Program-made: the position numbers and the translations under genes
Part shown: positions 36,862 through 45,950 of the stretch, one piece after another
Numbering within the stretch: the first letter of the stretch is position 1
Layout of the letters: every line of letters starts with the position of its first letter
The notes under the pieces: generated by a model
What the model was told of the DNA's origin: nothing
What the model saw: the letters and a program-made list of their open reading frames with translations, nothing else
Databases searched by the model: none
NCBI GenBank assembly: GCA_965279735.1
Contig: OZ257260.1
Span: forward strand, 2,161,279 to 2,225,278
Length of the DNA stretch: 64,000 bases
Origin: Steroidobacteraceae bacterium
GTDB lineage: Bacteria > Pseudomonadota > Gammaproteobacteria > Steroidobacterales > Steroidobacteraceae
Direction of reading: 5' to 3'

Positions 36862-37401
36862 TCAATCCAGCTTTCGCGTTTCAATCGCACCGGAAAGTGT
36901 TTCCTCACCGAGCGACACGTAGAGCATGCGATCCGAAACCGCGAGATCGATATCCATGCGCCGGTCGAGTCGCACCACCATCGCGGCCAGCAGCTCCGGA
37001 TCCACCTTGTTGATTTCCAGGGCGTCGCTGCGATGGATTCGCTCGCCCGCAAGGCGCGCGAGCCAGTGCTCCATGTCACGATGGGCATAGACCGCCACGC
37101 GCGGAGCCGCCTTGCCCGCCTTGTGCAGACGTGCAGCTTCGGGCGCTCCAATCTCGATCCATGCCTGCAGCACGCCCGTCAGGTCGCGCACCGAGAGGGC
37201 AGGCTCATCGGGATCAGAGAGCCCCTTCGAGAACGCTATACCCTCGGTGTATTCGAGGCAGTACGCCAGCAGTCGCGTGATGAGGAATTCCGCGGTCTCC
37301 GAAGGATGCCGCGCCATCCGCAGTTGCAGCGTTTCGTAAACGCCGCGGTCGGCATCGGCGAGGCGAACCGTGAAAACGTAAATCGTCGCGCTCAACGCCA
37401 T
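36862..37401 (-). CDS. yaeQ: YaeQ family protein
   Basis: From the internal ATG at 37401 it reads MALSATIYVFTVRLADADRGVYETLQLRMARHPSETAEFLITRLLAYCLEY, the YaeQ N-terminus. The length is ~179 aa. Confidence 0.85.
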   Translation of the reverse strand: MALSATIYVFTVRLADADRGVYETLQLRMARHPSETAEFLITRLLAYCLEYTEGIAFSKGLSDPDEPALSVRDLTGVLQAWIEIGAPEAARLHKAGKAAPRVAVYAHRDMEHWLARLAGERIHRSDALEINKVDPELLAAMVVRLDRRMDIDLAVSDRMLYVSLGEETLSGAIETRKLD

Positions 37402-37475
37402 GCTACAACTGCCTTCGTGGATCAATTCGCGATCATTGCACAGTACCGGGCCCGACCCGGAGAGAAAGCGGGCCG

Positions 37476-38387
37476 ATGCATCTGACAAAGCTGCGTGAGC
37501 TGCTGCTGACCGCCCCGACCCGGCCGGATCGCCCGTCACACCTGAGTGCAGCCAGTGGCCTGGTTCGCGTGAACGACGACATCTATGTCGTGGCGGATGA
37601 CGAATATCATCTCGGCCGATTCTCCATCGCGGGTGACTCACCGGGGAACCTCATTCGGCTGCTTCCCGGCGACCTGCCGCTGGTCGAGAAGAAGCGGAAA
37701 AAGATGAAACCGGATTTTGAGGTGCTCGCCCTGCTGGGGCCGTCCGCCTGCCCGAATCGTGGCGCATTGCTTGCGTTAGGCTCCGGCTCGAAAGACCAGC
37801 GTCGACGTGGCGTTCTGCTCCCCTTGGGCACAAGCGAACCTGACCTCCCCCGCTCAAGTGTTGTCGATGCTTCCGCGCTGTATGCCGCGGCCGGGCAGGC
37901 TGTTCACAAACTCAACATCGAAGGCGCGGTGATCATCGAGGACAGGCTGGTCCTGCTGCATCGAGGTAACCGGAAGAATTCGCCGAATGCGTTGCTGACC
38001 TTCGATCTGCGTGCCGCACTCGACTCCCTGGCAGACGAGGATTCACCACCGCCGCCGCTGCTGGCCAGCCAGTCATTCGATCTCGGGGAGATTGGAGGCG
38101 TGCCCTTCGGTTTCACTGACGGCGCCGCCTTGCCGGATGGAACTCTCGTGTTTTCCGCGGTGGCCGAGGACACTGATGACAATTACGCGGATGGCCCCTG
38201 CGTTGGCGCTGTGATCGGCCTCATCAGGCACGGCAAGCTCGTGGTGTTACGCCGCCTGGACAAACCGCACAAGGTCGAAGGGATTCACGCGGAAATCGAG
38301 GGGAAAACCATTCGCCTGCTGCTTGTCACCGATGCCGACGATGCCAGCGTGCCCGCTTCGCTGTATTCCGCGGAGTTGAGACTTTAA
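37476..38387 (+). CDS. hypothetical protein (possible beta-propeller; DUF3616/phytase-like resemblance is tentative)
   Basis: 303 aa. Recurrent x-(F/I/V)-E-(V/G) strand motifs occur (KPDFEVLALL, LNIEGAVII, KVEGIHAEI). I see no signal peptide. Confidence 0.5.
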   Translation: MHLTKLRELLLTAPTRPDRPSHLSAASGLVRVNDDIYVVADDEYHLGRFSIAGDSPGNLIRLLPGDLPLVEKKRKKMKPDFEVLALLGPSACPNRGALLALGSGSKDQRRRGVLLPLGTSEPDLPRSSVVDASALYAAAGQAVHKLNIEGAVIIEDRLVLLHRGNRKNSPNALLTFDLRAALDSLADEDSPPPPLLASQSFDLGEIGGVPFGFTDGAALPDGTLVFSAVAEDTDDNYADGPCVGAVIGLIRHGKLVVLRRLDKPHKVEGIHAEIEGKTIRLLLVTDADDASVPASLYSAELRL

Positions 38388-38404
38388 AACCTGCGCATCG
38401 GACT

Positions 38405-38611
38405 CTAGCGCGAGCGACTCGACGTGTGAGCATCGCTTGCGGCGAACAGCTTGAGGCATTTCGAGCACTGGACCCAGCGCCCTTCATCGGCCCCGCTTTC
38501 CACCAGCGTCCGGCTGTGGCACTTCGGGCAGATGCCGAGCGCCATCACTTCACTCTGCAACGGCGTTCTCGTGGCGAGCTGCATCAACTTTGCGATGGAC
38601 GGGACTTTCAA
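38405..38611 (-). CDS. possible small zinc-ribbon protein
   Basis: 68 aa with CPKC...CSKC pairs (MALGICPKCHSRTLVESGADEGRWVQCSKCLKLF). It is short with no other support. Confidence 0.35.
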   Translation of the reverse strand: MKVPSIAKLMQLATRTPLQSEVMALGICPKCHSRTLVESGADEGRWVQCSKCLKLFAASDAHTSSRSR

Positions 38612-38690
38612 CGGTCAGCTCTTAATCTTGAGCGCCGGGTCAGGAAGGAGCCCCCGACGTTCCGGACGGAACGCCGGGGGCAAGCATCAG

Positions 38691-40190
38691 CTAGTTCGCA
38701 GCCATGCTGCGGCCAGGCATCGTGGCGTAGAAGTCCGCCTTGGTGATCGGGCGATCGGGATTCGGCGCATGCACCGAAATCAGGGTGTCATAGTTGAAAC
38801 CCAGGCGCTCGAAGTTGTCCGCCATGGCGACGTGGGTGAAAAGACCCACGGCCGGGGGCGGCGTGTTCGGCGCAGGCATGTTGAACATGTCGGCATAAGC
38901 CACGATCCGCTCTTTCGGCAGATACGCGACGAGCAAACCGTCAGCATGCGCGATGCCCTTCATCAGGTGCACTTCCACCGTCCGGGTGCCATCCGTGAAC
39001 ACGCGCTTGTCACCAACGGTCTCGATCACAGGCTTCTTGCCCGACTTCGCGATGGCATCCGGTGCGAGAGTTCGCGGCGCGTTGAGCCACTTCTCGAAGT
39101 ACGCCTTGTTCGACTCGTGCATCACGAGCGTGATGCCTTCAGCGACCGGAGCAGCCATGCCACTCGTGTGGTCTGCATGGTGGTGGGACACGATGCCATA
39201 GCGGATCGGCTTGTTCGGAATGACGCGCTTGGCTTCGGCAATGATCGCCATGCCGCGGGCTTCATTCTGGGGGCCTGGTTCGAACAGGAGAATGTAGTCG
39301 GCAAATTCCACCGCAAGCGCAACGTAGCCGCCCGTGATGCGATACACGCCGTCAGCCAGCTTCTCCGATCCCACCTGGGGAGGCGCGCCGCCCGGAGGCG
39401 GACCGCCGGCACCCGGAGCACCCGCAGCGGGTGCAGGGGGCGTTAGCAATGCCTGGATGTTCGCCGGATTGGCGGTTGCACCCTGCACGAACGCTTCGAA
39501 ACTCGGCCATCCCGCGCGCGTTTGGCGGATTTCCGCCGGGAACTTGAGCCCGTTGCTGTCCCGGTAACCGCTGTAGTTCGTTTCAACGAGCATGTCGCCG
39601 TAAATGGGATGCTCGAGCCACGTTTCCACCTTGTCGACCAGGTTGGTCTGCGCGTTGATGTAGCCCACGAGCTTGTACGACTGTCCGCCCGGTGACTTGG
39701 GAGCCGCAGGAGACCACGTCACGACGTGCTGGCGATTTGCGCCCGAACCCGTGGTGCGTGAAGTGGCATTGTTGGCTGCAGCGCCTTTCAGGAAGCCCCA
39801 GGGGGTGATCCAGATTTCAAGCTGCTGGCCCCAGGCTGCCTGCGCGGGAGTGATGTTCTGCTGGAACTGACCCTGCGATGCAGGATTGCCCTGCGGCGGC
39901 ATGGCCCAGGTGACTGCCGTGGCGCGTGAAGCGGGCTGCGAGAAATCGATGCCCCGGACGTAGTCGTTGAGGTTCTGGCGCGGCCACGGGTTGTTGGCGT
40001 TGCTGTTCTGGCCGAGATTGAAGTTCGCGGCGACTCCGAAATAGCTGACGGATGTCAGGTTGTCGGCACCCATCGCCTTCGACGAATTGCTGATGACGGT
40101 GCTGGCGTTCTGGGCTGTCACGGTCGTCGCCGCGAGCAGCATGAACGCGAGGCCACCCATCCTCCATGAAGATATTCTGCGTGTGATCAT
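38691..40190 (-). CDS. exported two-domain MBL-fold metallo-hydrolase
   Basis: From the ATG at 40190 it reads MITRRISSWRMGGLAFMLLAATTVTAQ, a signal peptide. An N-terminal domain of ~270 aa is followed by the Pro/Gly/Ala linker PPAPAAGAPGAGGPPPGGAPP. The MBL core carries GIVSHHHADHTSG. Confidence 0.8.
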   Translation of the reverse strand: MITRRISSWRMGGLAFMLLAATTVTAQNASTVISNSSKAMGADNLTSVSYFGVAANFNLGQNSNANNPWPRQNLNDYVRGIDFSQPASRATAVTWAMPPQGNPASQGQFQQNITPAQAAWGQQLEIWITPWGFLKGAAANNATSRTTGSGANRQHVVTWSPAAPKSPGGQSYKLVGYINAQTNLVDKVETWLEHPIYGDMLVETNYSGYRDSNGLKFPAEIRQTRAGWPSFEAFVQGATANPANIQALLTPPAPAAGAPGAGGPPPGGAPPQVGSEKLADGVYRITGGYVALAVEFADYILLFEPGPQNEARGMAIIAEAKRVIPNKPIRYGIVSHHHADHTSGMAAPVAEGITLVMHESNKAYFEKWLNAPRTLAPDAIAKSGKKPVIETVGDKRVFTDGTRTVEVHLMKGIAHADGLLVAYLPKERIVAYADMFNMPAPNTPPPAVGLFTHVAMADNFERLGFNYDTLISVHAPNPDRPITKADFYATMPGRSMAAN

Positions 40191-40344
40191 TGCTTCCCCC
40201 TTCTGTCCTTCAAGTGTCAAAAAAACCGTAAATGCCGGCTTGAGAAGCCGGCCGAAAAAACGTGCCCGATGTTGAAGGGTCCGCCCGCGACAGGCAATAG
40301 ACTCTTCAGAACCCATTGCTCAGACGTTCCGCGCCTGCGATTCC

Positions 40345-41004
40345 TCAATCACCCAGCTTGGCCTTGAGCTCGTCGAGCTCTTGCCGCAAAGCCGCAACGA
40401 CCCGCTCCAGAAGTTCGATGCGGTCGACCGATGAACTGCTCCGCGTTTCGCGAGGAGGTTCCGCTGCCTCCGCGACTGCATCCGGAACATCCACTGCGCC
40501 GCTCAGCAGGTGTGCATAGCGGGAATCGCGGCGATTGGGCTCCCGCGGCAGGCGCACGACGAACGGACCGTCTTCCCGCGACGCCAGCTGGGCCAACGCC
40601 GACTCGACTTCGCTGACATCCGTCACTTCCGCCATGCGGGCGCCGCGCGTCCGCAGTTCCCCGGGAGTCTGCGGCCCGCGCAGCAGCAGCTCGCACAGGA
40701 TGGCGGTCTGTACCGGACTGAATTCCAGCGAGCCGAAGCCCGTATTGCAGAACCTGTGCTGGTACTTCGGCACACGGCTGCCGAATCCCGATCGCTCCAT
40801 CACCAGGTGCTTCCGCACGAGTCCGTCAATCGCCTCCTGCACCGCGCGCTCGTCGAGCTCCATGAGCGGATCGCGATTGCTTTTCTGGTTGCATGCATTC
40901 GTCAACGCATTCAACGACAACGGATACTGGTCGGGCGTCGTGATCGCTTTCTCGATAAGCGAGCCGATGATGCGGGCTTCAATGGGGGTGAACTCGATGG
41001 CCAT
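40345..41004 (-). CDS. yceH: YceH (DUF480) family protein
   Basis: From the ATG at 41004 it reads [46 protein letters not shown], the typical YceH N-terminus. A C-terminal coiled coil is present. Confidence 0.85.
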   Translation of the reverse strand: MAIEFTPIEARIIGSLIEKAITTPDQYPLSLNALTNACNQKSNRDPLMELDERAVQEAIDGLVRKHLVMERSGFGSRVPKYQHRFCNTGFGSLEFSPVQTAILCELLLRGPQTPGELRTRGARMAEVTDVSEVESALAQLASREDGPFVVRLPREPNRRDSRYAHLLSGAVDVPDAVAEAAEPPRETRSSSSVDRIELLERVVAALRQELDELKAKLGD

Positions 41005-41019
41005 GGAAATGCAGGCGCC

Positions 41020-41034
41020 GCATTGATTCAATGC
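41020..41034. promoter_or_regulatory. perfect 15-bp palindrome GCATTGA-T-TCAATGC just upstream of yceH
   Basis: Read directly from the sequence. It sits 16 nt upstream of the yceH ATG in the divergent yceH / PQQ-dehydrogenase intergenic region. Confidence 0.3.
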
Positions 41035-41346
41035 CGCAAAAGCAGAACAGAAATGACTTCAGGGCGCCAGTCATGATTTCTTAAGAGACCCCGTGCCCGG
41101 TCCTCATTTTTTTATTGCGCCGCAAATAAAAATGGCCCGGACAGCGGTAACGCCATCCGGGCCAAGGAAGCTGTAACTTTTCAGGGGAGCGCTACAGCAT
41201 GGGTGCAGGATTCCATAAGGCGCAGCGGCCGGAAATTGCCTGTCCGCCGATGTCGCTGTCAGCGGAGACCTACGCGATGGATCCAAGCCAGCCGCGGAAA
41301 TTGACTCCATCTGGTTTGTGAATGAGCATGCGCAGGCGTTGCATAC

Positions 41347-42615
41347 ATGGGGAAGAACAAAGTGACGAAAAGAAGCACGTTTGGACTGGGTATTGCCTTG
41401 CCTGCGATGTTTGCGCTGGGCGCTGGTCTGCTCTCTGGCCCGGCCTCAGGCCAGAACCTGAATATCGGCATAGCGCCTGTGACCCTGGGCGCGGAGCCCT
41501 ATTACTTCGACACCGCAGAACAGCACCGGATCCGCGTCGACATCGTGGCGCGAGGTCTTGCCCATCCTTTCAGCCTCGCCTTCCTGCCGAATGGCGATGC
41601 GCTGGTCGTGGAACGGGGTACGCGACTGCGACTGATCAAGAAAGCAGCGATAGCAGGAGAAACGGGCGTGCTTGTTGCACAGCCGGTGGAAGGAATCCCT
41701 GTCATAGCTCCCGTTCGCGGCGGCGGCATTCACGAGATCGCGCTTGATCCCGGTTTCGCCACCAACGGACTTGTCTATCTCTCCTACAACAAGCCGGGGG
41801 CACCCATCGCCACTTCGGATCCTGCCGCCCGCCCGCCGACTTCGATCGGTCTCGCACGCGCACGATTCGACGGCACCCGCCTGGTCGATCTGAAGGAAAT
41901 CCTGCGCGGCGAAGAAAGGCCCGGCGCAAGTGGGTCCCGCATCGCCTTCGGTCCCGACAACACGCTGTTCATGACGACCGGCGCGCCCTTCACCACCGAA
42001 GCGCAGGACCTCGGGAATGTCTACGGCAAAGTGTTGCGGATCAGGACCGATGGCAGCATCCCCACCGACAATCCTTTTGTCGGCCGCAAGGGTGCGAGGC
42101 CGGAGATCTATTCTTTCGGACATCGCGATTCGCTCGGGCTTGCCTTCCAGCCACGGTCCGGCACCCTGCTTTCGCTCGAGTACGGACCGAATGGTGGCGA
42201 TGAAATCAACGTCGTGCTGCCCGGCCACAACTACGGCTGGCCGACGTACAGCTACGGCAGGACGTACGAGGGTCCTCGCGTCTCCGCCCTGCCACTGGGC
42301 AAGGACATCGAACAACCGCTCGTCGTCTGGCTGCCGTCGATCGCACCGACCGGCATGACTTTCTATACCGGCGGCCAATTCCCTGCATGGGTAGGCAATG
42401 TGTTTGTCGGCAGCGGTCGCCGCGGCGAAGTGCCGCGGACGGGTGGACTCGAACGCATCGTCTTCAACGACAAGCTGGAAGAACTGCGCCGCGAAACGCT
42501 GCTGACCGACCTGCACCAGCGCATCCGCGACGTCCGCCAGGGCCCTGATGGCCTCCTCTATGTCCTGACCGATGAGGATGACGGAGCGCTCTTGAGGATT
42601 TCCCCCGCGAAATAG
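41347..42615 (+). CDS. PQQ-dependent soluble sugar (aldose/sorbosone) dehydrogenase, beta-propeller
   Basis: 422 aa with a signal peptide. The sGDH-type motifs are FGHRDSLGLAF, GPNGGDEINVVLPGHNYGWP and GLLYVLTDEDDGALLRISP. Confidence 0.85.
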   Translation: MGKNKVTKRSTFGLGIALPAMFALGAGLLSGPASGQNLNIGIAPVTLGAEPYYFDTAEQHRIRVDIVARGLAHPFSLAFLPNGDALVVERGTRLRLIKKAAIAGETGVLVAQPVEGIPVIAPVRGGGIHEIALDPGFATNGLVYLSYNKPGAPIATSDPAARPPTSIGLARARFDGTRLVDLKEILRGEERPGASGSRIAFGPDNTLFMTTGAPFTTEAQDLGNVYGKVLRIRTDGSIPTDNPFVGRKGARPEIYSFGHRDSLGLAFQPRSGTLLSLEYGPNGGDEINVVLPGHNYGWPTYSYGRTYEGPRVSALPLGKDIEQPLVVWLPSIAPTGMTFYTGGQFPAWVGNVFVGSGRRGEVPRTGGLERIVFNDKLEELRRETLLTDLHQRIRDVRQGPDGLLYVLTDEDDGALLRISPAK

Positions 42616-42649
42616 CGTCCGAAAGAACAATTGGTCGACTTCGTCGACA

Positions 42650-42806
42650 AGTGGGCCTACCGGCAAGTAGGTCGCGGACGCGACAGGTAGGCCTGCCGGC
42701 AAGTCAGAAGCGGAAGTGCCGATTGGATAGGCCACTTTCTGCTTCGCCTCTGGCCTGTCGATAGACCTGCTTGGCGGCAGCCCTACCTGCCGGTAGGCCT
42801 ACTTGC
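42650..42806. repeat. cluster of three ~21-bp REP-like palindromic units GT(A/G)GGCCT(A/G)CCGGCA(A/G)GT.. (two direct, one inverted)
   Basis: The units are GTGGGCCTACCGGCAAGTAGG (42650-42670), GTAGGCCTGCCGGCAAGTCAG (42687-42707) and the reverse complement of CCCTACCTGCCGGTAGGCCTACTTGC (42781-42806). Each contains GGTAGG/CCTACC self-complementarity. Confidence 0.5.
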
Positions 42807-43050
42807 AGATAGAGTCGGCCGTCGTTGTTTCCGACCGCCCTGTTCCGGTGAATCGCTTCCCCCGCCCTGCGCCATTTTGGGCGGCGTTCTGCGTTCGGCG
42901 ACGCAAGATCCTCCTCCCCTTTTACAAATCGAACCGCCGGGGGTGAAAAAAGCGACTCATCTGCTTCACATATTGCGTCTGCAGCACCGTGGCACATCCC
43001 TTGCAAAGTCCTGGTTGCGGCGATGAGGATTCAACCCCGAGGAGCGCATC

Positions 43051-43233
43051 ATGAGCCAGGTCATTCCAGCCTCGAACGACAGGTCTGCAGACAGGGTGCA
43101 AACGCTGCGACTGCAAGTGCAGTTTGCGGTGCTGCTCGGTGGCATGAACGATGTGCTGCAGGAATGCCTGCAGGAATTGCGCTTGCTCACGCAAGTGCCC
43201 GTGCCAGTGCCTTCGCTTCGTAAATTCAAGTAA
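43051..43233 (+). CDS. possible small protein (60 aa), unknown function
   Basis: The ATG is preceded by GAGGAGCGCATC, a GGAG about 8 nt upstream. It is the only ORF in a ~750-nt gap otherwise free of convincing genes, and I see no motif. Confidence 0.3.
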   Translation: MSQVIPASNDRSADRVQTLRLQVQFAVLLGGMNDVLQECLQELRLLTQVPVPVPSLRKFK

Positions 43234-43364
43234 CCGGATTTTCCAAAGCGAGGATCGATCTCGGGTTCCAGAGTCTGGGGCTGTTTGATTCCGTTCGCTG
43301 GCGAGCAAGGCTTTGGCAAGTGGCTTAAGCTCCGCACCGGTTTTGGCAGCGGAGAGCCTCGCAC

Positions 43365-44174
43365 ATGGATCTGGGAATCAAGGGCCGGGTAGCGCTCGTC
43401 ACAGGTGCGAGCAAAGGCATCGGCAAAGCCATCGCCCGCGGGCTCGCCGACGAAGGAGTCAATCTCGTATTGCTGGCGCGCACGGCTGCGACGCTCGAGA
43501 ACGCAGCCGACGAAATCCGGAAGGCCACCGGTGTCAGGGTGCTCGCAGTCCCCACCGACATCAGCGACATGGCATCGATCAACGCCTCCATCGCGAGGGC
43601 CGTTGCCGAGTTCAGCGTCATACACATCCTGGTGAACAGCGCCGGCGGTCCCATCAAGCGACCGGAACGCCAGATCATGTGGCCAGATGCTGACTGGCTC
43701 GATGACATCAATACGAAATCCGTCGGCATGCTGCGCGTTACACAGGCGCTCATTCCGCACATGCCCACCGATGGCACGGGTCGGATCGTGAACATCAGCG
43801 GCATTTCCGGATCGAGCGTTCTGTACGGAGCGCTCACCCACGGCCTGAACAATTCAGCGATGAATCACGTGACCACCTATCTCGCGGCCGATCTGTCTGA
43901 TGCAAGAATCACGGTGAACGTCGTGATCCCCGGACTGATCGCCACCGAGTGGCGCGAGAGCTGGGCGGAGAATGCCGGCCTGCAGCGCGGCGTGACAAAG
44001 GAGCAGTTCCTGGAGCAGATCTGCAAGGAGTGGGGCATCGTGTCGAAACGCTGGGGCACGATGGAAGAGGTCTCGGACCTCGTCGCCTTCCTCGTCTCGG
44101 ACCGGGCGAGTTACATCAATGGCGCACAGATCACGGTCGATGGCGGGTATGCCATCAACGTCCGGGGTTCCTGA
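43365..44174 (+). CDS. SDR family oxidoreductase
   Basis: The cofactor motif is MDLGIKGRVALVTGASKGIGKAIA (TGxxxGxG). NSAG is present and a catalytic Y-x3-K-like region follows. 269 aa. Confidence 0.9.
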   Translation: MDLGIKGRVALVTGASKGIGKAIARGLADEGVNLVLLARTAATLENAADEIRKATGVRVLAVPTDISDMASINASIARAVAEFSVIHILVNSAGGPIKRPERQIMWPDADWLDDINTKSVGMLRVTQALIPHMPTDGTGRIVNISGISGSSVLYGALTHGLNNSAMNHVTTYLAADLSDARITVNVVIPGLIATEWRESWAENAGLQRGVTKEQFLEQICKEWGIVSKRWGTMEEVSDLVAFLVSDRASYINGAQITVDGGYAINVRGS

Positions 44175-44185
44175 ACGCCCTCCGG

Positions 44186-44761
44186 CTACTGTGCTTTCTT
44201 CTGATTGGGATACCAGAAGTGCAGATGGCAGTTCTCGCAGACCTCATCGAGTTCTCCACCGACTTCGCTGATCGCGTCGAAGTTGCGCTCGCGGATCGCG
44301 CCTTGCACTTTTTCGACGGTTGTATCGATGGCCTGGGCAAACCCCCGCCACACCTCCGGTTCATTCCGGATCATTTCCTCGATCTGGGCAGGGTTGAGCT
44401 CTGATTCAGGGTTCGACGACACGGCGCCCGGCTTATCGACATGCCTGCCGGGAATCATCACTGCGTTGAAAGCTTCAGACAGCACGACGCCGGCGTGCTC
44501 GACCACTTTCCAGTCCTCATCGGTTTTGGGTCTCGAGTCCTTCTCCCCTTCCAGGGTCTCGGTGACCGCAGTGGAATTCCAGATGACATCCGCCGCCGGC
44601 ATCACCATGGAATCCATGATCTCGGCGATGGTTGCGCGCGGGTGGTAGGGAATTTCAGGCGCAGCCACGGGGACGGCGGCTTTCTGGCATCCGCCCAGCA
44701 AGCCTGCCATCACGATCACCACGGCGACAGGCGCGAAGCGCCCGGGATTCATGAACTGCAT
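44186..44761 (-). CDS. lipoprotein cytochrome c (class II, cytochrome c'-like with C-terminal CxxCH)
   Basis: A lipobox is present (MAGLLGGC). It is predicted all-helical with a single haem motif near the C-terminus (VCENCHLHFW). The start is 44761 or 44752. Confidence 0.65.
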   Translation of the reverse strand: MQFMNPGRFAPVAVVIVMAGLLGGCQKAAVPVAAPEIPYHPRATIAEIMDSMVMPAADVIWNSTAVTETLEGEKDSRPKTDEDWKVVEHAGVVLSEAFNAVMIPGRHVDKPGAVSSNPESELNPAQIEEMIRNEPEVWRGFAQAIDTTVEKVQGAIRERNFDAISEVGGELDEVCENCHLHFWYPNQKKAQ

Positions 44762-44917
44762 GTTTGGTCTCCTTGAAGTCAGGGTCGCCAATGCGGCTTA
44801 AGACTGACTTAAGGCATCGATCGGGACGGGTAAATTGCTGCAGGGAGGCAAAACTGACGCCGCCCGGACGCTGGCGTACCATGCCCATGGCTTGATCGTT
44901 CAATACCGACGACGAAC

Positions 44918-45901
44918 ATGCACAGCAGCCCATCCGCGTTCTTCCTTTTCATCGCTGGCAGCCTGCTGTTGCCGGCCGCATCGTGCCTGGCGGCGGTGGA
45001 TTCATCGACGTTGCCACCCTCGGCCGAGGGCGCTGAAGAGCTGACAGAGATCATCATCACGGCAAGGGAGCCGCGCTATGCGGCACCGACGCAGCGCGAC
45101 CGGATCGGCCGCATCTGGGCGCCCGTATTCATCAATGACCAGGGTCCGTTTCGCCTCGTGCTGGACACCGGTGCCAGCCATTCCGCCATTACTGCGGAAG
45201 TCGCCGAGGCCCTACAGCTCACTGCCAATCCGGCGGACAACGCGAAACTGCTGGGCGTGACCGGTTCAGCGGTGGTGTCGACCGTCCGGGCGAAGTCGCT
45301 CGCTGTCGGTGATCTGCAATTGACGGGCAAGCGCCTGCCCATCATCGACGATGCCATGGGTGGGGCTCAGGGCATCCTCGGCAGCGAGGGTCTCGCAGAC
45401 AAGCGCGTCCACATCGACTTTCGGGATGATTTCATCCTGATCAGGCGTTCAAGGAATGAGCGCGCACCGGCGGGTTTTCTCACGATTCCGATCAAGTTCT
45501 CGCGCGGCAACCTGCCGATGGTCGACGCCATGATGGGTGGTGTGCGCGTCACGGCTGTCATCGATACCGGTGCCCAGACCACGATCGCCAATCTGGCGAC
45601 GCGTGAAGCGCTGTATCAGTGGCAGCTGAAACGGCCTTCGGTCGACACCATCATCGGCACCACCGCGGACATCCAGAAGGGCGAGGGTTACTCTGCGCCG
45701 CCCATCCTCATCGGCGGACTGCAACTCCGCAGCGACCGCACTTCCTTTCTTGACCTGTACATCTTCCACCACTGGAAGCTGATCGATAAGCCAGCCGTCC
45801 TCATCGGCATGGATGCGCTCGGACTCTTCGATACGCTCATCATCGACTACCGGCGGGCCGAATTGCAGGTCCGCATGCGGCCTCCGGATTCGGATAGCTG
45901 A
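44918..45901 (+). CDS. secreted retropepsin-like (clan AA) aspartic protease with two DTG lobes
   Basis: A signal peptide is present. There are two catalytic-type motifs, LVLDTGASHSAI and AVIDTGAQTTIA. Confidence 0.7.
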   Translation: MHSSPSAFFLFIAGSLLLPAASCLAAVDSSTLPPSAEGAEELTEIIITAREPRYAAPTQRDRIGRIWAPVFINDQGPFRLVLDTGASHSAITAEVAEALQLTANPADNAKLLGVTGSAVVSTVRAKSLAVGDLQLTGKRLPIIDDAMGGAQGILGSEGLADKRVHIDFRDDFILIRRSRNERAPAGFLTIPIKFSRGNLPMVDAMMGGVRVTAVIDTGAQTTIANLATREALYQWQLKRPSVDTIIGTTADIQKGEGYSAPPILIGGLQLRSDRTSFLDLYIFHHWKLIDKPAVLIGMDALGLFDTLIIDYRRAELQVRMRPPDSDS

Positions 45902-45950
45902 ACCGGACAGCCAAGGCTGGCCTTCCCTGGCCAACCGTTCGCCAACGCGC

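Noticed and set aside
41104-41310. A 68-aa minus-strand ORF in the yceH / PQQ-dehydrogenase spacer.
   Set aside because: It has no RBS, a Pro/Ser/Ala-rich composition and overlaps the hairpin structures. It is more likely non-coding.
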